Shown here: one piece after another, positions 7,375 to 14,212 of the stretch
Numbering within the stretch: position 1 is the first letter of the stretch
Layout of the letters: every line of letters begins with the position of its first letter
NCBI GenBank assembly: GCA_041395025.1
Contig: JAWLBH010000001.1
Location: 990,001-1,022,000, forward strand
DNA: 32,000 bases
Reading direction: 5' to 3'
DNA from: Chlamydiales bacterium
GTDB lineage: Bacteria > Chlamydiota > Chlamydiia > Chlamydiales > JAAKFR01
Notes under the pieces: generated by a model
Told to the model about the DNA's origin: nothing
What the model saw: the letters and a program-made list of their open reading frames with translations, nothing else
Database searches by the model: none
Translations under genes and position numbers: made by a program

Positions 7375-8830
7375 TTGGCAAGCCCCCATTCCTTTGGGGG
7401 CAATTGATTCACCTTCTTTCCCTGAAGGAGTCTTTCCAGATGCGATTGAAAAGTTTGTTGGGGAATTGTCTCGGTCTACAGAAACCCCGCGTGATTTAGC
7501 AGGGCTTACTATATTGGCAGCCCTAGCGACAGCCTCACACAATAAATACGTCGTTCAGGTCAAATCGGACTATCGTGAGCCGGTGAATCTTTGGACAGCA
7601 GTTGCGCTTCCTCCTGGAAGCCGAAAATCGGCTGTTTTAGCGGCTGCTATCAAACCTATCGAGAAGTATGAGAAGCAGAAGCAGAAGTTAATTGAACCCT
7701 TGATAAAAGAAATTACCTCCAGGAATAAAAGCTTGGAGGTGCGCATCAGGGAATTGCGAAATATGGTTGCCAAGGCTAAAGAGTGCGATTTTGAGGCACT
7801 TCAACAAGAAATTTTTACTCTTGAGGAGAAGATTGAGGAACCTCCTGCTTTTCCCCAGCTATGGACAAGCGATGTGACACCAGAAAATTTGGGAACACTC
7901 ATGGTCTTAAATCATGAGTGTATGGCTGTCTTAAGCGATGAGGCTGGAATTTTTGACATATTGGCTGGTAGGTATTCATCAGGCATTCCTAATTTAGATT
8001 TATTTTTAAAGAGTCACACGGGAAGTCCTGCGAGAGTAAATCGGATGGGAAGACCCCCCGATTTACTGGAGCGGGCGATTCTGACAATGGGACTGACCCC
8101 GCAACCAGATGTTTTGAAAGGGCTAGGAAAAAATCGAACCTTTAGAGGGAGGGGGTTGCTCGGAAGGTTTCTTTATGCGATGCCACGTTCAAACTTGGGG
8201 AAGCGTGATTTAAACGCATCTCCAATGTTGCCAGAAGTAGAAGCCGGCTATCATCGGGTGCTCGAAGCGATTTTAGAGCATGAAATGAGCGGTGATGCTC
8301 AATATGCCTTGAATCTTTCCCCAGAGGCATATGAAAAGTGGTTTGGTTATTCTCGTGCTATTGAGATTCAAATGGATGAGGGGGGTCCCCTTGCATTCAT
8401 GACTGATTGGGCGGGCAAGCTTGCAGGTCAAATTGCTAGAATAGGGGCTCTTATTCACATCGCAAGATATGCATCTGAAAAGCCGTGGATGCAAGCAATT
8501 TCCATGGAGGATATGGGTGCAGCTATCAAAATAGGGCACTACCTATCAAAGCATGCACAAGCTGTTTTTGACTTGATGGGGGCAGACCCAGCACTTGAGG
8601 GAGCCAAAGCTGTTCTACGCTGGGTTGCAGCGAATCGATATGAGAGCTTTACGTTCAGGGATTGCCAATATGCACATAAGAGTCGATTTAAGAAGGCTAA
8701 GGAGCTGCAAGACTCGATTGAAGTGCTTTTAGACAACTACTTCATCATCGAAGCAGAACAGGAGAAAAAGACGGGAAGACCGAGTCGGGTTCTTTATGTG
8801 AATCCATACATTTTTTGTGAGGACAAGTAG
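7358..8830 (+). CDS. DUF3987 (YfjI-like) protein of integrative elements
   Basis: N-terminal 'WQAPIPL...FPEGVFPDAIEKFVGELSRSTETPRDLAGLTILAALATA...EPVNLWTAVALPPGSRKS' matches the DUF3987 pattern. AGGAGG (7347-7352) sits 5 nt before the ATG at 7358; the track ORF starts at GTG 7352. Confidence 0.75.
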   Translation: MTTSYDWQAPIPLGAIDSPSFPEGVFPDAIEKFVGELSRSTETPRDLAGLTILAALATASHNKYVVQVKSDYREPVNLWTAVALPPGSRKSAVLAAAIKPIEKYEKQKQKLIEPLIKEITSRNKSLEVRIRELRNMVAKAKECDFEALQQEIFTLEEKIEEPPAFPQLWTSDVTPENLGTLMVLNHECMAVLSDEAGIFDILAGRYSSGIPNLDLFLKSHTGSPARVNRMGRPPDLLERAILTMGLTPQPDVLKGLGKNRTFRGRGLLGRFLYAMPRSNLGKRDLNASPMLPEVEAGYHRVLEAILEHEMSGDAQYALNLSPEAYEKWFGYSRAIEIQMDEGGPLAFMTDWAGKLAGQIARIGALIHIARYASEKPWMQAISMEDMGAAIKIGHYLSKHAQAVFDLMGADPALEGAKAVLRWVAANRYESFTFRDCQYAHKSRFKKAKELQDSIEVLLDNYFIIEAEQEKKTGRPSRVLYVNPYIFCEDK

Positions 8831-8875
8831 CCTTTTTGTGGTTTTTGTCCTTTTTGACCATAAGGAGAAGAAAAT

Positions 8876-9472
8876 ATGACCCAGAGTGTATCAAAAAATT
8901 TACCTGCTCAAGAGAAGGTAGAGGAAGTTTTTTTGAGGTATCAGTTTAGAGATAATCCTGAAACAGGGCGCAGAGAGGTATGTGGGATTGAGCTGTCGGA
9001 TAAGACAAAACCAGACTCTCCCGAATTTATTGAAAAATTGAAACTCGCTCTTAAAGGAATGACCGGCAGCAGGAACCCTGAAATAGCCGAGCGCATTGTT
9101 TCCAAGATTGCCTGGGCAATGTCTGCAGAGGACAATGAGCATCGCCTAAAAGAAGTCACGACCTTGCTTCATACTCTAGAGCCTCAAAATGAAACAGAGG
9201 CGCTGTTGTTAGGGCAATTTCTTGCTTTGCAAGATTCTGGCATACAATGCTTACACAATGCGAATTACAATGAAATGTTTTATCATAAGAAGGAACTCTT
9301 TCAGCTTTCGGTGAAGCTGTTTCGTTGTGCCAATGAGACGATGCAAACGCTATTGAAATATCGCTCTGGGGGTAAGCAGCAGATTCAGGTCATTCATGTA
9401 TCTGGGGAGGGAAAAGCAGTCATAGCAAATGAAATGAAGACGGGTGGGGTAGTGGATAAAAAAGTTACGTAA
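8876..9472 (+). CDS. hypothetical protein (element cargo)
   Basis: A 198-aa ORF with 'AAGGAGAAG' upstream of its ATG. No motif recognised. Confidence 0.5.
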   Translation: MTQSVSKNLPAQEKVEEVFLRYQFRDNPETGRREVCGIELSDKTKPDSPEFIEKLKLALKGMTGSRNPEIAERIVSKIAWAMSAEDNEHRLKEVTTLLHTLEPQNETEALLLGQFLALQDSGIQCLHNANYNEMFYHKKELFQLSVKLFRCANETMQTLLKYRSGGKQQIQVIHVSGEGKAVIANEMKTGGVVDKKVT

Positions 9473-9571
9473 GACCCCATGTATCATTGAGAGGAACTAA
9501 ACCCACAAAAGCCACAAAACTATGGGAAGATGCACAGCTAAATCGAAACGTTCAGGTGAACGGTGTAAGAA

Positions 9572-10030
9572 TTGGGCGATACAAAAGAAAGCAACGTGCC
9601 GTTTTTAGCATCCTTCATTGCTAAGAATTTACTCCCTTATAGAGGGCTAGGGACTGGTATCCGCCGTGCCCTTCAACATTGGTCGCACATTGATTTTGTC
9701 GAGGATAGAGAGGGCTGCCTCTTCACCTCAATTATTCACAGAATAAAGGTGCACTCCTCTCCAGGTAATGCTAAAAAATCAAGAAATAAAGGTGCAATAA
9801 AGGTGCAAAATACACCTATAAAAGCACCTAAAAATGCACCTTTATCTCCTCTACAAAAACAAATAATAGATCTTTTAATTGGGAATGCAAAGGCTTCGTA
9901 CGATGATATAGCCCAAGCCATAGGGAAAGACCGCAGCACAGTCATGAGGAATGTCCAGAAATTAAAGCAAGATGGGATAGTGCGCCGAATGGGGTCTAAA
10001 AAAACGGGGACTTGGGAAGTGGATATATAA
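9572..10030 (+). pseudogene. gene fragment: C-terminal part of an AlbA_2/HATPase_c_4-type putative DNA-binding regulator plus winged HTH; the N-terminal part is missing
   Basis: 'LPYRGLGTGIRRALQHWSHIDFVEDREG..F' resembles the C-terminal end of HATPase_c_4 regulators. 'LSPLQKQIIDLL..ASYDDIAQAIGKDRSTVMRNVQKLKQDGIVRR' is a MarR/AsnC-like wHTH. Only a TTG start is available and no upstream domain is present. Confidence 0.45.
9743..9845. repeat. iteron-like array of the 11-mer ATAAAGGTGCA: three direct copies, one perfect inverted copy and two degenerate inverted copies
   Basis: Direct copies lie at 9743-9753, 9786-9796 and 9797-9807. The perfect inverted copy TGCACCTTTAT lies at 9835-9845. Degenerate inverted cores are TACACCT (9811) and AGCACCT (9823), with 11-12 nt phasing. 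Confidence 0.6.
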
Positions 10031-10148
10031 ATGTCCCATTTTGTCCCTTGCTAACACAAACATCTTCTGTCAATGTAGATCATAATCCCTTGTTGTCAAT
10101 TATTCCAGGCTTTTGTAGAGTGTTCGCTTTCACAAGCATGAGTTGAGA

Positions 10149-10575
10149 ATGGCTACAATTGAAGAGCGACCTACCAAAGATGGGAAAACGCATTATCGTG
10201 CGAAAGTGCAGCTGCGGGTATCCGCCACAAAATCGTACGTTTGAAAGGAAAACCGACGCGAAGCGTTGGATTCAGCAGATGGAAGCAGCAATGCGTGAAG
10301 GACGCCATTTTAAGCATATCGAATCGCGTAAACATACTTTGTGTGATTTGGTGGATCGATTGGCTCACCAGCAGAGCAGCCCCTCTTCTTACACTTTCCC
10401 TTCCGAAAAGGGACAAAAGATACAAAAGCCCGCTGATATTCGGAGCGCCTGGGAACAAGTTCTTAAAAAGGCTGCAATCGAAGACTTCCGTTTTCATGAT
10501 CTTCACCATTCTGCAAATCACCATGAAACAGTCGTTGCCAACATGAATGAGAAGGTGTTTGGTTGGGTGCAATAA
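10149..10575 (+). pseudogene. tyrosine integrase pseudogene (frameshift plus large internal deletions)
   Basis: ATG at 10149 encodes 'MATIEERPTKDGKTHYRAKVQLR', parallel to 'MANIQERTSKDGKTTYRVQVRL' of int, then stops. Homology continues in the 10159 frame ('RKTDAKRWIQQMEAAMREGRHF', 'KGQKIQKPADIRSAWE', 'FRFHDLHHS', 'NMNEKVFG'). Most of the catalytic core is missing, with no Arg I and no Tyr region. Confidence 0.8.
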
Positions 10576-10970
10576 ATGGACGACGAAGCGATAGAACAAC
10601 GGCACTACGCCACACAAACCCGAAACCGAAAATTTAGATATGAAGAGATCAAGAACCCTTCTCTTGACATAAAATATCCAAAAATAAGGACATTATTTGC
10701 AAAAACAATCAGTTATTTCTACCCCATTTTTTGTGACAAATGCTTTACAAGATCAATTTCTACATGCAGGAAAATCTCAGCCTTCCATGTATCTAGATCC
10801 AGCAATTCGAGCGGGGATTTCCAGTTTTGCCCGCCCTGGATTTGAAGGAGAGGTCTCAGAAGGTTTAGAGGCTTTAAAAAGAGATATTGAGACAAAAAAA
10901 ATCGATCACATTATTCAACAATATGAAAGCAATTGTGGAGATTATTTATACATTAGCGCTCTAAAGGATC

Positions 10971-11606
10971 ATGATGTTGTCTCCCGATAATCCGTATCCA
11001 ATTGAAAAAGTGACTAAAGCTGTTGTCTTCCTCAAGAATTTTATTACGAACCCAAATATTCGCGTTGGAGATTATACCTATTATGATGGAAGGGACCATC
11101 CTGAAAGCTTTGAAATCGACAATGTCATTTTTGCTCGTTCGTGCAATCTAATTATTGGTAAGTTTTGTCAGCTTGCTTATGGAACAAAATTCATTTTAAG
11201 CGATGCTAATCATCAAATGAGTGGTTTCTCCACATTCCCTTTTTTTATTTTTGGCAAAATGGGAGAAGGCTGTCCTGAATGGGAAGATTATGATCTTGAT
11301 CTTCCAAATAAAGGGGATACGCAAGTTGGAAATGATGTATGGTTTGGGTATGAGTCGACCATCATGCCAGCTGTGAAGATTGGAGATGGGGCGATTATTG
11401 CTGCGAAAGCGGTGGTAACGAAGGATGTGTCCCCCTATACCATTGTAGGAGGCAACCCTGCTAGGGCGATTCGAAACAGGTTTTCTGATGAAGTCATTCA
11501 ACAGCTCCTTGCTATACAGTGGTGGGAATGGGACTATGAAAAGATCACACGCAATATTTCTGCTATTGTGGGGGCAAATATACAAGAACTCCTGCATGCA
11601 AAATGA
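10971..11606 (+). CDS. Vat-family streptogramin A O-acetyltransferase (xenobiotic acetyltransferase, hexapeptide-repeat)
   Basis: 'PYPIE...VGDYTYYD', 'IGKFCQLAYGTKFIL..ANHQMSGFSTFPF', 'KGDTQVGNDVWFGYESTIMPAVKIGDGAIIAAKAVVTKDVSPYTIVGGNPA..IR.RF' and 'IQWWEW' align closely with Vat(D)/SatA-type proteins as I recall them. Confidence 0.85.
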   Translation: MMLSPDNPYPIEKVTKAVVFLKNFITNPNIRVGDYTYYDGRDHPESFEIDNVIFARSCNLIIGKFCQLAYGTKFILSDANHQMSGFSTFPFFIFGKMGEGCPEWEDYDLDLPNKGDTQVGNDVWFGYESTIMPAVKIGDGAIIAAKAVVTKDVSPYTIVGGNPARAIRNRFSDEVIQQLLAIQWWEWDYEKITRNISAIVGANIQELLHAK

Positions 11607-11785
11607 GGTGTATCCAGAGACGCGAATTCGCAAACATGACAAGTGTTTATGGAACAAAAATGGGACATTTTTTGGCAAAAAATGAGAATGAATAGCAAAG
11701 AATGACAGCTGCAAAGTTTTCAGAAGTTTCTGTTGGATAAGTTGTTATGTATTGTGAATCGTTGGTCAGTTTTTAAAACGGAAGA

Positions 11786-11837
11786 CTTAAAATCCCTTGG
11801 GCTTTTGCCTGTGCGGGTTCGAGTCCCGCTCTGAGCA
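11786..11837 (+). other. 3' fragment of tRNA-Leu(UAA), anticodon loop to discriminator base; no 5' half (att-site remnant)
   Basis: Contains loop CTTAAAA, stem strand TCCCT, long variable arm GGGC-TTTT-GCCT, T-arm GCGGG-TTCGAGT-CCCGC, acceptor strand TCTGAGC and discriminator A. No complementary GCTCAGA and no D-arm occur upstream. Confidence 0.75.
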
Positions 11838-12377
11838 AATTTATCTTCAGGTGTTTAGGTTAAATATTTATATTCAAGAGTTTCAAATGTTTGTGGCAAA
11901 CTGATGGCACAAATTCAGATGAAAAACAATGAAAATTTTAAATTCTCTGGGGTAGTATATGGTGTTGCAATTTGTTGCCCTACCTTTGGAGGTTTTTATG
12001 CGAAAGGTACTCTTGACTCTCAAAACAGTGGAACACTCCGATTAATAAGAGTTTCTCTTAGTTCAGAACCACAGATCGAAAGTGCTCCTCTGAGATAACT
12101 GTAGTCCAGGCAATAGTCTATCTGTGGTATCTATTCTAGGAAGACAAGAAATTGAGCTAGTGAAGTTGCACAGTCTTTTAAATCAGCAATATTCATCTGA
12201 ATACGAAAAACAGTTATGTTAAATACCTATCTAGGTTTTCAAAAACTCACCCCCATTTCTTTTAGAGGAATGAAGAGGTTAAAGCGCCTTGATGATGAAT
12301 GTTTAAGATTTTTTATTGACTATAGATGATTATATATTTAGAATTTGCGAGAAAATTTTTCAAAAATAGGTCGTATC

Positions 12378-13658
12378 ATGTTTGTTCAACCATCAGAGGT
12401 CCATTTTGTTGTTTGTGACACAAATCCAGCTAAACATTTTGAAGTGTTTGCTAAAGAATTAACAACACGAGGTTATCCTGTCCAGATTCATGCAACAGGG
12501 GCTGCTTTGAAAACATTGGAGGGGTGTGGTTTTGAAAAACTCAATCCTTTTTCACTAGGCAAGAAGTCTGATGACATAGTTGCAGAAGAGCTTGTGAAAA
12601 AATGCAATGAGGTGGCTAGAATTGTTATCACTGATATTGGAAATCAATTTAATGTTATCTTGCAGAAAAAATTTAAAGATAAATCATCACCTATATGTCG
12701 TATGGTTTATTATGATAACCCTGAGCCTTATGTACCTGGTGGCTATTCTGAAACTGTTAGTCAAATCTTGTGGGAGACTAATAGTATCTTATTTGCCAAT
12801 AAAAATCTTAATACAAGTAATCTTTGGCGAACACCTAGAGACAAGATGAGAACTTACCAAGTCTTTGATGATGGCATTGGTATTGGATACTATTCTTTCG
12901 ATCAAGCAAATCGGATTAAAGAGAGAAGAGAAAAAGATTCTAGTCAGGCACGTAACCAGTTATTCACACATTATCAAATACAAGATAAGGGGCAAAAGGT
13001 CCTTGCCTATATCGGGGGGAGTAGTGAAGAACCTTATCAGGCATTTGCTCGTTTTCTACTGGATCTAAATAAAGATAAGGATGTATCTAATGTAATTATT
13101 TTAATACAAGCGCATCCTAATACCAAAAGCGACAATTTAGGTTTTCGGCATCTTAATCTCTTGGTAGAACGTCATAAACAAGAAGATTATCCGAAGTTTC
13201 CTAAAATTTTAATTTCAGATACGGAGACAGAGGATCTTTTAGTGGCTGCCGATGGGGTCTTGTATTATCAAACAAGTATGGCTGCACAATTTGCTCTTGC
13301 ACGTATTCCAACCGCCCAAGTCGGTAATAAACCTTATGAAGATATTCTTGTAAAAAATAAACTATGTCAATTAGTCAATTCTTCAGAAGCTCTTTCTGCT
13401 GTTTTAGAGAGTCTAGAATTACAAGAATCAGATGAGAATCTCATCAAAGAAGCATTAGGATATTCTCCTGACTGGGCAGAAAAATTAGAAAACTTCATCA
13501 AAGCTAAGGAATTATGTCCGGGAAAAATTGAAGATTCGCAACAAAATCAGGATGTGCAACAAAGTGGGAACTCAATTTTTAAATTTGCGTTTGGCATAAC
13601 TGCTGCTATAGTTGTTACTTATGCAGGATACAAATTGTTGAGATATATGAGAGCTTAA
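12378..13658 (+). CDS. hypothetical protein, two-Rossmann (GT-B / capsule-synthesis-like) architecture with a C-terminal tail anchor
   Basis: The alternating beta-alpha pattern, 'ILIQAHPNT' and 'AADGVLYYQTSMAAQFALARIPTAQVG' are reminiscent of GT-B nucleotide-sugar-binding halves. The last 30 aa form one hydrophobic helix 'IFKFAFGITAAIVVTYAGY' followed by a basic tail 'KLLRYMRA'. ATG is at 12378; the track ORF starts at TTG 12345. Confidence 0.45.
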   Translation: MFVQPSEVHFVVCDTNPAKHFEVFAKELTTRGYPVQIHATGAALKTLEGCGFEKLNPFSLGKKSDDIVAEELVKKCNEVARIVITDIGNQFNVILQKKFKDKSSPICRMVYYDNPEPYVPGGYSETVSQILWETNSILFANKNLNTSNLWRTPRDKMRTYQVFDDGIGIGYYSFDQANRIKERREKDSSQARNQLFTHYQIQDKGQKVLAYIGGSSEEPYQAFARFLLDLNKDKDVSNVIILIQAHPNTKSDNLGFRHLNLLVERHKQEDYPKFPKILISDTETEDLLVAADGVLYYQTSMAAQFALARIPTAQVGNKPYEDILVKNKLCQLVNSSEALSAVLESLELQESDENLIKEALGYSPDWAEKLENFIKAKELCPGKIEDSQQNQDVQQSGNSIFKFAFGITAAIVVTYAGYKLLRYMRA

Positions 13659-13762
13659 GTGCTCTATTTTTCAAATGGAGATAGGATTTTTCTTTGCTGA
13701 TTGGTCATTTTAAGAAGAGGGTTTATGTTTAAGAATGGCTCTTTATTTTTATTTAAACCCCT

Positions 13763-14077
13763 TTAAGATTCTCTAATTTTATGATGAAGGTATCCCCAAC
13801 CAGATAAGCTCATAATGAAAAGGATCGTGCTTCCAGACAACATAAGAGAGCTATTTAACAAACCAATTTGACCCAAATGGGTGAATGCATTCAGCCCAAG
13901 GGCTGTTTGCATCAATCCCTTAGAAGCCATTAGGGCGAAGAACCCTATGATCATGGATATAGCGCTTGTAAAAATAAGAAAAATGATAAATCCCTTTAAA
14001 GGCATTTTACTAGATTTTTGAGGCAGTGGATCTTGGACTCGATAAGAAGGAGGAGCTGATGATTGAATGAAACTCAT
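13763..14077 (-). CDS. small membrane protein with paired hydrophobic segments (Inc-like topology)
   Basis: Hydrophobic segments 'GFIIFLIFTSAISMIIGFFALMA' and 'LLNSSLMLSGSTILFIMSLSGWGYL' follow a polar N-terminus. ATG is at 14077; the track ORF starts at TTG 14095. Confidence 0.45.
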   Translation of the reverse strand: MSFIQSSAPPSYRVQDPLPQKSSKMPLKGFIIFLIFTSAISMIIGFFALMASKGLMQTALGLNAFTHLGQIGLLNSSLMLSGSTILFIMSLSGWGYLHHKIRES

Positions 14078-14212
14078 GGTACTTTTTAAAAGCAAAACAA
14101 GATTTTGCCTTATCCTTGCTTTTTAAAGCGACCGATTTATTAGATGATCTCAATTTGTGTTCTTTGAGAAAGATCAGAATTTGAATAGAGTCATGAAGTT
14201 TTTTTATTTAAA

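Larger units (their letters stand above)
4746..10030 (+). mobile_element. compact integrative element (int / excisionase-like HTH / DUF3987 module, CP4-57 or P4-satellite-like layout); boundaries tentative
   Basis: Gene content and order. A palindrome lies at the int-proximal end. Gene fragments and a decayed tRNA-like segment follow at the distal end. Base composition looks richer in G+C than the core genes by eye. Confidence 0.55.
10084..11837 (+). mobile_element. decayed remnant of a second, related integrative element (int pseudogene - vat - tRNA-Leu 3' fragment)
   Basis: A degraded paralogue of the 4819 integrase is preceded by a tRNA-like segment. It is followed by a cargo gene and a clean tRNA-Leu 3' fragment. 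Confidence 0.45.

Noticed and set aside
4977-11714. Antisense or alternative-frame ORFs within int, the DUF3987 gene, the int remnant and vat (e.g. 4977-5537, 7570-7773, 8142-8736, 8900-9159, 10171-10617, 10241-10546, 11196-11714)
   Set aside because: Each is fully nested in, or opposite to, an ORF with clear family motifs. Their sequences are low-complexity with no recognisable motif.
11752-11837. Possibility of an intact tRNA-Leu, or of the acceptor piece of a permuted (two-piece) tmRNA
   Set aside because: No sequence within 100 nt upstream can pair with the acceptor strand TCTGAGC, and there is no D-arm. Downstream there is no tag-peptide reading frame or pseudoknot-like structure. The acceptor is not Ala-type, and permuted tmRNA is not known in Chlamydiae.
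11904-12098. 64-aa ORF in the long gap after the tRNA-Leu fragment
   Set aside because: No ribosome-binding site, no motif, and composition typical of non-coding DNA. Not supported as a gene.
1-12182. 11-mer CACAGTCTTTT at 1-11 and 12172-12182 as direct repeats flanking the whole accessory region
   Set aside because: Identity does not extend beyond 11 nt. Many such matches are expected by chance in 32 kb of AT-rich DNA.
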